From Planctomycetota bacterium (GTDB lineage Bacteria; Planctomycetota; UBA8108; UBA1146): a stretch of 52,119 nucleotides of DNA. Below are positions 8,694 through 19,039 of the stretch, piece by piece (within the stretch, counting starts at the first letter, position 1; every line of letters begins with the position of its first letter). Position numbers and translations under genes: made by a program. The notes beneath the pieces are model-generated. The model did not search any database. It worked only from the letters and a program-made list of their open reading frames with translations, and was not told the DNA's origin. The stretch covers positions 1-52,119 of the forward strand of contig JAYZBV010000070.1 of the NCBI GenBank assembly GCA_036338595.1, written 5' to 3'.

Positions 8694-10336
8694 GAGATGA
8701 TCCCTGCAGCCGTGTGAGCGAGTTCGGAGCGATCGATCTTTGCATTGTGTCGGATGTCGACGGGGAAGGGGCCCGGGAAGCAGAAGCGCTCGATCCGATC
8801 GGCGCCGGCGACCGGCGACCCGAGTGTCTTCAGTTCCTCTATGAGGGCGGCTTGAGTCTGTTCGGTATCGTCCAGCGCTTCGATGCAGAGGATGGGGATC
8901 TGCTGACCGACCGGGCCGTATCCGACCAGAGCGGTCCTCAGCACCCCCGGATGGACATCGAAGACCCGCTCGATGGCGACGGTATGGAGATCGCCGCTGG
9001 AAGTCTGGACCATGTGGCTGCGTCGACCGCGAAACCAGAGCCTTCCTTGCGTGTCGATGCAACCGAGGTCTCCGGTGCGATGCCAGAGGATGCCTTCCTC
9101 ATCGGTGTACTTGTGCTCCTGATCGGCGGCAGGATCCTCGACGTAGCCGCGGCTGACGACAGGACCACTGGCCCAGATTTCACCGGCAGTTCCCTCCTTG
9201 ACGCAGTGGTCACGGTCAGGCGGTCTGTCGATGGCACTGACTCTGATCTGGATTCCCGAGACGGATTGGCCGACGCAAACTCCCTGGCCCAGGCAGGTCT
9301 GCTCGCGCGTGTCGAGAAACTCGCGGTGATCGATGAGGCACAGCGGCATCGCCTCGGTGGCACCATAAGGGGTCTCGATCCTCACATCGGAAGGGAGCGA
9401 TGCGAGCAACTGGTCGATTTCGTCATGACGAGCTGGTGCCCCGGCGCTGATGACGCGGCGAAGGCGGTCGGCGCTACGAGACTCCCTCTTCATGTATCGG
9501 GCAAGATTTCCCAGCAGAGCGGGGGAGGCGAACATGCTGGTCACTTCGAATTGCTCGATGAGGTCGAGCAGATGGGCGGGATCCGCATCCGCTGGGCGCG
9601 TGAAATCGATGTCGGGAATGATGGTGGTCATGCCGAGTGCCACCGAGAAGAGGGCAAAGAGGGGAAAGGTCGCCAGATCCACCTCTCCCGCTTCGATTCC
9701 GTGAAGCCGACCGATCGATTCGATCTGCTGATCGATCAGTCCGTGGTGCGAGATGGCGCCCTTGGCGGGGCCGGTGCTTCCTGAAGTGAACAGGATCGCT
9801 GCCGTCTCCGTGCTTTCGAGGACCGGTTCCTGGTAGGGGACCGCGAGTTCGCAGCCCTGGCGCCACTGCTCCAGGCTGGGAGTGAAGGGAGGATTCCATC
9901 CTCCTGCCACCGAGACGCGATGTCGAATCGTCGACCTGGCCCATCCCAGTAGTGCCCGGGCTCGATGAGCTCGCGCGATTCCGATGAAGGCCTCGGGAGC
10001 GGCTCGCGCGAGGCAACGGCCCAGTCCGGAAATCCCCATGCCCGGGTCCACCATGACGGGGGGAGCGCCGATTCGAAGCAAGGCGAAGGCGCAGGCGAGA
10101 AACTCCCGACCCGGTGGAACCATGAGCACGGTTTTCATGCCGCGTCGGATTCCATGCCTCGTGAGTGCGTGGCAGGTGAGGTCGACCAGTTGATCGAGTT
10201 CGCGAAAGGTCCTCTGCTGCCAGCGGCCGTGATCCAGTTCCCGCACGGCGACCTGATCGGGGCGTTCGATGGCGAGATCCCTCAATCGGGTCGCTGCTCC
10301 GGCAGTGGGAGTGAGTTCCCGCTCGGCGGTGGTCAT
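8690..10336 (-). CDS. oleC: OleC, olefin beta-lactone synthetase (AMP-dependent ligase family)
   Basis: Motifs ILFTSGSTGPAKG, TPYGATEA, WHRTGDLG and C-terminal FPVDIRHNAKI, typical of OleC. Confidence 0.92.
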   Translation of the reverse strand: MTTAERELTPTAGAATRLRDLAIERPDQVAVRELDHGRWQQRTFRELDQLVDLTCHALTRHGIRRGMKTVLMVPPGREFLACAFALLRIGAPPVMVDPGMGISGLGRCLARAAPEAFIGIARAHRARALLGWARSTIRHRVSVAGGWNPPFTPSLEQWRQGCELAVPYQEPVLESTETAAILFTSGSTGPAKGAISHHGLIDQQIESIGRLHGIEAGEVDLATFPLFALFSVALGMTTIIPDIDFTRPADADPAHLLDLIEQFEVTSMFASPALLGNLARYMKRESRSADRLRRVISAGAPARHDEIDQLLASLPSDVRIETPYGATEAMPLCLIDHREFLDTREQTCLGQGVCVGQSVSGIQIRVSAIDRPPDRDHCVKEGTAGEIWASGPVVSRGYVEDPAADQEHKYTDEEGILWHRTGDLGCIDTQGRLWFRGRRSHMVQTSSGDLHTVAIERVFDVHPGVLRTALVGYGPVGQQIPILCIEALDDTEQTQAALIEELKTLGSPVAGADRIERFCFPGPFPVDIRHNAKIDRSELAHTAAGIIS

Positions 10337-11241
10337 GTGCGCACCTGCTGCCTCGCGACAGATTCGCGGAACGATCGAATCGCTGGAATCACCCGATCGG
10401 GTGCGTCATCGAGCAATAGATGGCCACAATCTGCCCAGCAGTGGTGCTCTGCAGAGGGGAAGCGCCTCAGCCACTCGTCGAGAAACTCGACCCCAAACAC
10501 CGGATCCTTCGCCCCCCAGAGGAGCAGCAGCGGATGGTCCCGCAACGTCTCGAGGCTGGATTCGACCGCAGCGAGCGTTGGCCACGAGACATCGGTGGGT
10601 TGCACCGGAATATCCTGCACGAAACGATGCACGGCGAGTCTTTGTTTCCAGCTGCGGTAAGGGGCTCGGTACCCGGCGCGTTCTGCGCGCGAGAGTTTAC
10701 GCCGGGTAGTTCCGATGGCGAGGGTTCCGAGCACGAACGCATCGAGTCCCCTGACCAGCAATTCGCCGAGCGGGCCACGCGCTGGACGGATGATCCACGG
10801 GAAGCGGACACCTTCCGGTAGTGCAAAGGCGGCCGTGTTCATCGCCACCAGACTGGAGAAACGATCGGGCGATCGTCCAGCGACTCCGAATCCGATGGCC
10901 CCACCCCAGTCATGAGCAACAAGGGTTGCATCGGAGCGAATCTGAAGATGATCGAGCAATCGTTCCAGATCATCGATCCGATCCAGGAGGCGATAACCAT
11001 AATCCTGCGGTGCCGGGTTGTCGGAGAAACCGCACCCGATGTGATCCACTGCGATGACCCGGTTCGATCTGGACAGTTCCGAGATCAGTCGTCTGAAGTG
11101 AAAGGACCAGGTCGGATTGCCGTGAACGCAGATGATGGGATCGCCCTGCCCCTCGTCGACATAGTGCATCCGGATCCCCGCGCCGCGGTCAAACCGGTGG
11201 CTCCGGAAGGGGTATTCTTCATCGACAAAGAGACGGTTCAT
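10333..11241 (-). CDS. oleB: OleB, beta-lactone decarboxylase (haloalkane dehalogenase-like alpha/beta hydrolase)
   Basis: Motifs HGNPTWSF, nucleophile elbow HDWGG, WGAKDPVF and CGH. Lies between oleA and oleC with ATGA overlaps at both ends. Confidence 0.9.
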   Translation of the reverse strand: MNRLFVDEEYPFRSHRFDRGAGIRMHYVDEGQGDPIICVHGNPTWSFHFRRLISELSRSNRVIAVDHIGCGFSDNPAPQDYGYRLLDRIDDLERLLDHLQIRSDATLVAHDWGGAIGFGVAGRSPDRFSSLVAMNTAAFALPEGVRFPWIIRPARGPLGELLVRGLDAFVLGTLAIGTTRRKLSRAERAGYRAPYRSWKQRLAVHRFVQDIPVQPTDVSWPTLAAVESSLETLRDHPLLLLWGAKDPVFGVEFLDEWLRRFPSAEHHCWADCGHLLLDDAPDRVIPAIRSFRESVARQQVRT

Positions 11242-12308
11242 CGCCACTCCCAACCGATCATGCGGCACACCAGGCCGCTGCCGATGCCCAGGAACGCGAC
11301 CTTCTGCCCCGCTCCCAGGAAACCTCGCTCGGCGGCGATCGCCGCGGTCACCGGGATCGATACCGTACCCATGTTGCCCAGAAAAGGGTATGTGATGAAA
11401 TCTCCAGCAGCAGAGAGGCCCAGAGAAGGCAGGATCTCATCGCGGTGGGCGGATCCGACCTGATGGCAGATGGTGCGGTCGATCTCTGAGGAAGCCCACT
11501 GCATCTCCTCGAGAAAGTGGCTCCAGGTTCGATTTCCCACTTCCACGCCATGCTTCAGAACTGCCAGTGAGTCCGTCTCCATGAACTCGATTCTGGTCGA
11601 TGCACCTTCTGCGTTTGGATCGGGACGGACACCCCAGCGACAGAGGTGATGCCAGCGGGCATCGGTTCCATGGCTGCTGCCGAGCAGCAGCGGACCTTGC
11701 GCCGAGATACGAGAAGAGACCAGCAACAACGCCGCCGCCCCCGATCCGCCAGTGAGCGTTGCCAGGGTAGGGATGAAGTGCTCCATGACCGGATCACGAA
11801 GCAACTTGTCGATGGCGATTCCGACGATCTCACGGGCACTTTCACAACAGACCACCAGCGCCGCATCGACACGGCCAAGGCGGATCGCATCGGCCGCCAG
11901 CACGACACCGTCCATCGCCCCGAGACAGGCATTCGAGACATCGTACAGCGCCACATCGGTCGGCAAGTCGAGTTGCGCTGCCACGGCACAGGCGGTGGCA
12001 GGCTCGAAGTTCTCTCGACAGACACCGGTGTAGGCGAGTTGGCCGACCCGATCGGGTTGTAGATCGGCTTTTTCGAGAGCGTTCCTGCACGCTCTTGCGG
12101 CCATCTCCGAGATCCGGGTTCCCTCTGGCCACCATCGCCGTTCACCGACCCCGGTCAGTTGTTCCAACTGTCCTGGAGCGATGCCCATCGCATCCCAGGC
12201 GGGAGCGAGGGTGTCCTCGATGGCGCTGCTCGAGACCACCTCGGGGGCGATCTCGATGCCGATCGAGGCGAGATGGACCGTGGGTAGTTCACCGCCATCA
12301 TACCTCAT
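11238..12308 (-). CDS. oleA: OleA, acyl-CoA condensing thiolase/KAS III-like enzyme
   Basis: EPA motif (ENFEPATA), catalytic Cys in NACLG, HQVG, GNMG and C-terminal LGIGSGL. Confidence 0.92.
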   Translation of the reverse strand: MRYDGGELPTVHLASIGIEIAPEVVSSSAIEDTLAPAWDAMGIAPGQLEQLTGVGERRWWPEGTRISEMAARACRNALEKADLQPDRVGQLAYTGVCRENFEPATACAVAAQLDLPTDVALYDVSNACLGAMDGVVLAADAIRLGRVDAALVVCCESAREIVGIAIDKLLRDPVMEHFIPTLATLTGGSGAAALLLVSSRISAQGPLLLGSSHGTDARWHHLCRWGVRPDPNAEGASTRIEFMETDSLAVLKHGVEVGNRTWSHFLEEMQWASSEIDRTICHQVGSAHRDEILPSLGLSAAGDFITYPFLGNMGTVSIPVTAAIAAERGFLGAGQKVAFLGIGSGLVCRMIGWEWR

Positions 12309-15300
12309 CGACCTGCATCCCTTCTTTCGATGGAGAAATCCTCCATCGAGTAGATGGCAAGATCATCCACCAGCAGCATTCCATCAGCCACCAGGATTCC
12401 CCTCTGATCATCGACACTCTTGATGTTGGCCTCGACGACGACTCGCTTCCTGTCGGGGATCACCTGGCCCCTGTAGGTCCACTTGTGGGGGACTCCCGGC
12501 GCGAGCGTGCGAGGCAGCCAGTTGCCCTCGTCACCCCAGCGCTCGCGAGCCACCAGTTGAAGCAATTGCAGCATCGACTCCAGCCCCAGACTTCCGGGCC
12601 AGACCGGATCGTCCTTGAAGTGGGCGCGGAAGAACCACGATTCTCGATCCACATCGATCGCACCGCGGATGAATCCGTGTCCTGCGGTGCCCCCATCCGG
12701 AACGAACAGTTCCACCTCGTCGATCATCTGGAACGCCAGCGATGGGCCATCTGGGTGCGGGGGAACCATGAAACTACGCCCTCGCAGAGCTTCCCGCGGA
12801 GGGATGGTCCGAGCGACGGCACCGGGAAGTCCGACTTGCTGTGCGAGAGCCTCTGCGGGGAAGAACCCGAAGTAGGTGTTTCCGCGATAGATGGGAGCGT
12901 CACCATCTCTGACCTCGATGTCATAATGCTGAATCCACATCCCCGCAGCATGATCTGCCGAGGTCAACTGGACCGTTGTGGTGAGTAATCCGATGTCACG
13001 GCCGATCGGCTTCAGGAGTGTGGCGCTCCCGCCCAGGTTGCGAAACTGAAGAGGCTGATCGGAAGTCAGGGCCGATCCGACATATGCAGCGAGCCACCCA
13101 CAAGGCTGTAGCGCAATTTCCAGCAGCACGGCAAACGGCATCTCATCCACGCCGGAGGCATCGAAATACCAGGCATCCGGAACCGGGAAATACTCGGAAG
13201 TGCAGGCCGCAGGCACTTCGACTTGCCATGGTTTGCCCTGAACGTCGATGATCCGATCCAGAAAACAGTAAGGCGGCCCCGGAAGCCTGGCGATGAATCG
13301 ATCGCCATCGAAGGGGCTGTAGCGGTCGCCGAACGCCAGAGACGGACGACCGTTACAGAACTCAAGGATCTGATCGTGGTCATACAGGGTTGCTGCAGCG
13401 GAAGATCCAACGGGGGAATCCGCTCCTCCACCGGGTGCTTGTGGCGGTATCTGTCGCTCCGTTTCGGCGACGATTTCGTGATGCCGGGGCGGATGCTGGT
13501 GCGACCAGATGGCATCGATCCGTTGCCGATCGAGTCCAGCGAGGCGAAGCGACATCCCCTCCATCTCGACGATCGGTCGACCATCTGCGAACATCGTCGC
13601 ATCCGTGATGACATAGGGTTCTGGCCGGAATCCGATCTCCTTGACCTGGACCTCGTAACTGACCATCGCTGTCCCGGGAACGACCTGTCCGCGACACCGA
13701 AGTCGTCCGGCGACATCGGGTACCGGCATCGGGATCACCTCGTCCTCTTCACCCACCCAGCCCCAGGCGATGAGCAAGGTCCTGAGGGTGTGAAGGCAAC
13801 ACTCGTACATCAGCGTACCTGGCATCACCGGATCGTCGCGGAAATGGCTGGTCAGGAACCAGTCGTCGGGATGGATCGCCAGTTCTGCGACCGCTCGCCC
13901 GAGGCCCCAATCTCCACCGACAGGTTCGATCGCAGTGACGCGATCGAGCAACCGCATCTTTCCACCCGGAAGTGTGCAGGGGCGCTGCAACGGGAGCCCG
14001 CGGAAGCGTTCGCCGAGTGCCGTACCCAGGTCACCCCGACGCAGAGCATCCACGCTGGATTCATCGAGGACCATCGGTTCCGTGCCAGCGGGTGGCATCC
14101 AACCGGCCGGGGCCAGAGCCTTCGGGCGTGGACGGTGAGGAGCCTGGATGATCCCTCTTCCCGAGGCCAGTTCCTCGGGGGAGAAGAACCCGGCACAGCC
14201 ATCGCGCATCGAGATCAGAGGCTTTCCAGCGACGCTTCCCTCGAAGTGGAACCGAAACAGCAGCGTCTGATCCTGGCGGAAGAACTCATCGATGTGGATG
14301 TCGTAGACGATGGTGTTTCCCGCGGTCGGGAGATCGTCATGGAAAACGACCTGGGCATCGAGAAGTCGGTAAACGGAGAGACCCCGTGTGTGCAGGTCTG
14401 CACCCAGAAATGCACTCAGGAACAGGTCTGCCTGACCGCTCTCCACTGCGATGGAGGTCGGAATTCGCCCGGCATCGAGATACCAGGCTCCCGGTAAGAC
14501 GTCATGTTCCGTGACGATGCGTCCCGGTCCGAGTGTCAGAGGATCGCCCTCCATCGACACGATTCGGTCGACCAGCATCAACGGCTCCTCTGGCAACCGA
14601 ACGCGGGTCGGGAACTGGTCTGCGGGGGCGTGAAGCGGCCCCAGCACGGGACCGACCTGCCCCGCCGCAAACTCGAGACACTTCTGGCGGTCGAAGAGGG
14701 GCGCCGGTGAACTTGTAGGAATGGAATCGTGGCTGCTGTGATCCACAACGGGTTCGGCCAGCGCGGGCGCGACCGACCCCTGGCTGGCCTGACCATCCTC
14801 AACCGGGTGCAGCGCTCGTCGCCCTCGGCGCGCCCGTTCGAGTCGCTTCGAGATGGATCGTGGCTGTTCGTCAGATGGCTTCCCGTTTTGCTCCCGGCCC
14901 GCAGGGGTGAGGCGATTGCCATCGTGGAGGGCAGGTGTTGTCTTCACAGCGCGAGATGCATCGATTCCAGGGGTGGGCAAGGGAGGTGAGACGATGCCGG
15001 ATTGACCATCTTCGATATCGACCGAGTCGCTGGCTTCGACCGCTACAGAAGCAGATCCGAGATAGGCTTCCAGTTTCCCTGGTGCTCTCTCGGCGATGCA
15101 CACCGCCAGGATGCGGGCGAGCGAGAGTTCCGCGGCTTCTCCTCGCCAGAAGAGAGGCAAGGTTCGGTGGGGACGACCTTCGAGTGCCTTGTGAGCCAGC
15201 CTCGAGCAAGATGCACCGGGTCCAGGCTCGATGAAGATCCTCGATCCTGCTTGCCACAGCGACTCGATCAGGTGAGGAAAATCGAAACCGTCGGTGGCCT

Positions 15301-18300
15301 GAAGCATGATCGAGTCGGCCACTCCATCGCTGTCGAGGACCAGCGGCAATCCGGTTGCCGTGGAGTGAAGGGTGACACCTCCAACGGGGGGATACACGGG
15401 CCAATGATGGAGAGCTCTGTAACGAGACGCCACCTGCGAGACCATCCGGCAGTGAACCGAGGTCACTCCCTGCAATGGAATCGATGTCCATCCGTGGCGG
15501 TTGCACATTCGCTCCAGCACCTCGGGGTCACCCCCGATGACGGTTTCATTGCTGGCATTGACGACCAGCAACTCCAGTCGAGGCTCGCTCGAGATGGCGT
15601 GTCGGATCTGTTGCTCCGTGCCGTCGATCACCGCTGCAGCCCAGTGAGCCTTCCTTCCGGGGGGGTATGACCACTCCCTGGCAGCGGCCCGGTAACCCCC
15701 GGCGAGCCAGTCGGTGAACAGGTCATCGTTTTCCATCTGCTGCTGCATCGCTTGACGGTCGCGCCAGGCTCGCAACGCGAACAGCATCGTGGTTTCTCCG
15801 AGGCTGTGGCCAGCCGCTCGCTCCGGATCGATGCCACATCCCAGCAGCAGATCGGTGCCGATGCACCCCAGTGTCACCTGAGCGAGAATCGCATCTCTCG
15901 GGTCGGTGGGAAGGTCGGCGTCGGGCTGCCAGGATTCGGGGGCTGCGAGCCAACGGGCGAGATCAGAAACGGTCAGGGCGGTTCTATCGAGTGCCCCTGG
16001 ATAACGAGCGAACAACTCTCGACCGGCTCCCGGATACAGGCTTCCCGATCCAGGATAGAGAAAGGTCAAGTCGCCGGAGTATCCGAGTGGTGTTTCCGAC
16101 GAACGATGTAATTCCCAGCCCTGGCCCTTCAGTTCGGTCGAGGATCCCGCCAGGAGAGCAGCAGCGGAATCCACTGCTGCACGGAGTGAGAGTTCATCCT
16201 GAAAAACGATCGAGATCGCGCGGGAAGCACCCTCATTTCTGGGATTCAGAGAGAGCCATCTCCGGGCGATGCTCGCCGCTGATTCCATCCCGCCGAGGTG
16301 GTCGCTGCGGAACCGTTCCAGTCTGCCCGTAAATGCTGATTCGTCATCCGCCTCGACACAGATGACGCCCCACTTCGGTTCTCCGATGCAGCGTGGGGGT
16401 GGAATGGATTCGGCGCAAATGGCGACGGGAACCTCCTCGGTGGAGATCACCATCGAGGTGGCAGCACCGAGTTTCCCCGAGTTCTCGATGAGGACTCGGC
16501 GGCGATCGGCTCCATCTGCAGCCCAGGGAACCGGCTCGTTGGGATGGACACCTGGAATCACGCCGCGAGATGCTGCCAGGGTGCCCTGCAACAGTGACAT
16601 CAGGAAGGCCACACTGCCACTCGATGCCATCTCGGGGGGAAGAGTCACCTGCCAGCCGGGGCGACCTGCAAGAGGCTCGATGGAGGCAGTGGATGTTTCA
16701 TCGCTGCAGATCAGATCGATCCCGGATGGATCCAGAGACGCTTCATCCAGCGCTGCGGCACGACTCGAAATGCGCGCCGTCGAGTTTCTCTCCGGTCTCT
16801 CCAGGTCACCGGTACAGGCAGAGCCCATTCCATCGATGGTGGCGATGATGGGACCATCATCTGGACTCACATCTTCGAGCCTTTTCAGTACCACTGCAGC
16901 CGCAGCGTCGACGCGAGGGGGAAGTTGATCCTGTGAGTCGAGGGTGCGGGTCAGGATATCGAGGCCAAGATCCGCGGCAGCGGCGAGCGCCACATCGAGT
17001 TGGTGATCCTGCAGCGCGCGGATCGCCATCTCCATCGCTCGAAATCCTGAAATTTCATCAGCGCTGATGGTGTGAGAAGGACCTCCAGCCTGCAGGTCCC
17101 GGGCCACGCGGCTGGCAGCGATGCTGCCGAGAGAGCCCATGACCCGGTTCGCATCGAGTGGTGCACTGACTTCGTCTTGCAGAGCAGAGATCCAGCGTTC
17201 GATGTCGGGGGCCTTCGAGTCCATCCCGAGTTCGCGGAGCCACCGCCTGGCGCGGTGGGGGATCATCCAGCGCAGGTGAGGAAGGCTACCCCTGGGGTCG
17301 ATACCGAGGCCGACGAACAGTCCGCCGCGCTCTCCTAACTGCTCCAGAGAGGTGCAGGCGAGAGCTTCCCTGGATACCTGCAACAGCGCCAGTTGTTGCG
17401 GCAGCATACGCGACAACTCGGTGGGAGGGATGCGCAGTTCGACGGGAGAGCCACGCAATCGGCCGCAACTTTCCCCGGCCGGAAATTCGAGCCGGGCCTC
17501 TCTGGCCCAGCGGGTTTTCGGTATCCCCATATCTCCCGGCATCGGCTCCCGAGGAGCGGTGTCACTGTGGCCGAGCACCGCCTGAGCCACCGCGTCTATA
17601 CCCTGATGACGCCCGGCGATGGCACCGAGACCGATGATGGCGATCCTGGATGCGGGTGAGGGAAATCGGGGCACCGTGACCCGGGTGCTCTCGGTCGTCG
17701 TGGGCGCCTCTTCGATCAGGATGTGAGCGTTGATACCACCGAAACCAAAGGCACTCACCGCTGCTCTTCGTGACTGACCCGATCTGCGTGGCCACGACTC
17801 ACTGCGGTGAGGGATGCGGAAGGGAGAATCGCTCAGGTCGATACCGTCCGGTGGTGTTTCGTGTCCGGGAAGTCCGGGGATCTCACCGCGGTCCATGGCC
17901 AGCAACACCTTGATCACGCCCGCAGCCCCTGCCGCGGTGAGAGTGTGTCCGATACACGCTTTCACCGACCCGAGGGCACATTGGCCCGGTCTCCAGGCTC
18001 CTGAATCCCAGAGAGCCATCAAACTGCGCAGTTCGGTGGCATCGCCCACGGGAGTGCCGGTGGCATGGCACTCGATGTAATCGATGTCTTCTGGCGACCA
18101 GTCTGCGGATCTGTAAGCGCTTCGCATCGCTCTCAGTTGACCCTCGCCTGACGGTGCCAGAAGCCCCCCGGATCGATCGTTGGAGAGTCCTGATCCTCGA
18201 ATGACACCCCACACCCGATCGCCCGAAGAGATGGCATCTTCGAGCCTCTTGAGCAGAAGCACCCCCGCCCCTTCACCGACCAACAGTCCCTGTCCTCGCT

Positions 18301-19039
18301 GATCGAGCGGTCGGCAGCGACCCTCGGGGGAGAGAGCTCTCAACTGGGAGAAGCCCATCTGGGTGAAGAGACCATCTGGACGCGACACTCCCCCTGCGAG
18401 CACTGCATCACAACGGTGTGCGGCGAGGTCCCTGCATGCGCAGGAGATGGCGTAGAGAGAAGAAGCACAGGCTGCGTCGAGTGTGAAGGATCCTCCGCGA
18501 AGGCGAAGTGCACTGTGAAGCGCAGCTGCGGGCAAGCTGCAGTCATATCGATCGAGAGGGTGACAGCGTGGAATCCCCCTCGGCCTTCGATCTTCTGCTC
18601 CCATCGACTCGAGCACCAGTTCCTCGACCGTGTCTCCGATGACGGCCTCTGCTATGGCAGATGTGGAATCGGTGGGAAGCAGCAACTGGCCCAGGATGAC
18701 GCGAGTACTGTCTGGATCGAGCTGGCCGCGGTGATGGCGTGCCGCTTCGACTCCAGCGATGACGGCAAGCCGTGCAGAGATGTCGATCGACTGCGCCAGC
18801 TGCTCGTCAAGGTCACCCAGGTCACCCTGCGGAAGATCGATGAAGCAGCCCCGCTCCGTGAGCACTCTATCTGGCTCCGGTTGTGCACCGCCGAGTGCAT
18901 TCTCCAGCGACAGGGTCCATCTGCCATCGGGGACCGGTTTGGATGTGTCTCGTCCTTCGCGGATGACATTCCAGAATGCACCTGGATCGGGAGAGTCGGG
19001 GAATCGCAGTCCGAAACCAACCACAGCGACCGGCTTCAA
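12305..19039 (-). CDS. pfaC: PUFA synthase PfaBC fusion: KS-CLF-AT-(pseudoDH-DH)x2, ~2244 aa
   Basis: KS motifs DAACASS, HATGT and GHTL. A second KS-like domain lacks the Cys (CLF). AT motif GHSLG. FabA-like DH motifs HFRDDPVMPG and HFKDDPVWPG. The TTG start at 19039 overlaps the pfaA stop (TTGA). Confidence 0.9.
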   Translation of the reverse strand: MKPVAVVGFGLRFPDSPDPGAFWNVIREGRDTSKPVPDGRWTLSLENALGGAQPEPDRVLTERGCFIDLPQGDLGDLDEQLAQSIDISARLAVIAGVEAARHHRGQLDPDSTRVILGQLLLPTDSTSAIAEAVIGDTVEELVLESMGAEDRRPRGIPRCHPLDRYDCSLPAAALHSALRLRGGSFTLDAACASSLYAISCACRDLAAHRCDAVLAGGVSRPDGLFTQMGFSQLRALSPEGRCRPLDQRGQGLLVGEGAGVLLLKRLEDAISSGDRVWGVIRGSGLSNDRSGGLLAPSGEGQLRAMRSAYRSADWSPEDIDYIECHATGTPVGDATELRSLMALWDSGAWRPGQCALGSVKACIGHTLTAAGAAGVIKVLLAMDRGEIPGLPGHETPPDGIDLSDSPFRIPHRSESWPRRSGQSRRAAVSAFGFGGINAHILIEEAPTTTESTRVTVPRFPSPASRIAIIGLGAIAGRHQGIDAVAQAVLGHSDTAPREPMPGDMGIPKTRWAREARLEFPAGESCGRLRGSPVELRIPPTELSRMLPQQLALLQVSREALACTSLEQLGERGGLFVGLGIDPRGSLPHLRWMIPHRARRWLRELGMDSKAPDIERWISALQDEVSAPLDANRVMGSLGSIAASRVARDLQAGGPSHTISADEISGFRAMEMAIRALQDHQLDVALAAAADLGLDILTRTLDSQDQLPPRVDAAAAVVLKRLEDVSPDDGPIIATIDGMGSACTGDLERPERNSTARISSRAAALDEASLDPSGIDLICSDETSTASIEPLAGRPGWQVTLPPEMASSGSVAFLMSLLQGTLAASRGVIPGVHPNEPVPWAADGADRRRVLIENSGKLGAATSMVISTEEVPVAICAESIPPPRCIGEPKWGVICVEADDESAFTGRLERFRSDHLGGMESAASIARRWLSLNPRNEGASRAISIVFQDELSLRAAVDSAAALLAGSSTELKGQGWELHRSSETPLGYSGDLTFLYPGSGSLYPGAGRELFARYPGALDRTALTVSDLARWLAAPESWQPDADLPTDPRDAILAQVTLGCIGTDLLLGCGIDPERAAGHSLGETTMLFALRAWRDRQAMQQQMENDDLFTDWLAGGYRAAAREWSYPPGRKAHWAAAVIDGTEQQIRHAISSEPRLELLVVNASNETVIGGDPEVLERMCNRHGWTSIPLQGVTSVHCRMVSQVASRYRALHHWPVYPPVGGVTLHSTATGLPLVLDSDGVADSIMLQATDGFDFPHLIESLWQAGSRIFIEPGPGASCSRLAHKALEGRPHRTLPLFWRGEAAELSLARILAVCIAERAPGKLEAYLGSASVAVEASDSVDIEDGQSGIVSPPLPTPGIDASRAVKTTPALHDGNRLTPAGREQNGKPSDEQPRSISKRLERARRGRRALHPVEDGQASQGSVAPALAEPVVDHSSHDSIPTSSPAPLFDRQKCLEFAAGQVGPVLGPLHAPADQFPTRVRLPEEPLMLVDRIVSMEGDPLTLGPGRIVTEHDVLPGAWYLDAGRIPTSIAVESGQADLFLSAFLGADLHTRGLSVYRLLDAQVVFHDDLPTAGNTIVYDIHIDEFFRQDQTLLFRFHFEGSVAGKPLISMRDGCAGFFSPEELASGRGIIQAPHRPRPKALAPAGWMPPAGTEPMVLDESSVDALRRGDLGTALGERFRGLPLQRPCTLPGGKMRLLDRVTAIEPVGGDWGLGRAVAELAIHPDDWFLTSHFRDDPVMPGTLMYECCLHTLRTLLIAWGWVGEEDEVIPMPVPDVAGRLRCRGQVVPGTAMVSYEVQVKEIGFRPEPYVITDATMFADGRPIVEMEGMSLRLAGLDRQRIDAIWSHQHPPRHHEIVAETERQIPPQAPGGGADSPVGSSAAATLYDHDQILEFCNGRPSLAFGDRYSPFDGDRFIARLPGPPYCFLDRIIDVQGKPWQVEVPAACTSEYFPVPDAWYFDASGVDEMPFAVLLEIALQPCGWLAAYVGSALTSDQPLQFRNLGGSATLLKPIGRDIGLLTTTVQLTSADHAAGMWIQHYDIEVRDGDAPIYRGNTYFGFFPAEALAQQVGLPGAVARTIPPREALRGRSFMVPPHPDGPSLAFQMIDEVELFVPDGGTAGHGFIRGAIDVDRESWFFRAHFKDDPVWPGSLGLESMLQLLQLVARERWGDEGNWLPRTLAPGVPHKWTYRGQVIPDRKRVVVEANIKSVDDQRGILVADGMLLVDDLAIYSMEDFSIERRDAGR

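Noticed and set aside
10333..11241. Haloalkane dehalogenase annotation
   Set aside because: Its position within oleABCD indicates OleB, which shares this fold.
6907..14497. Long plus-strand ORFs (6907-7809, 8714-9784, 9965-10660, 12095-12988, 13223-14497)
   Set aside because: Antisense shadows of well-supported ole/pfa genes in GC-rich DNA, with no recognisable motifs.
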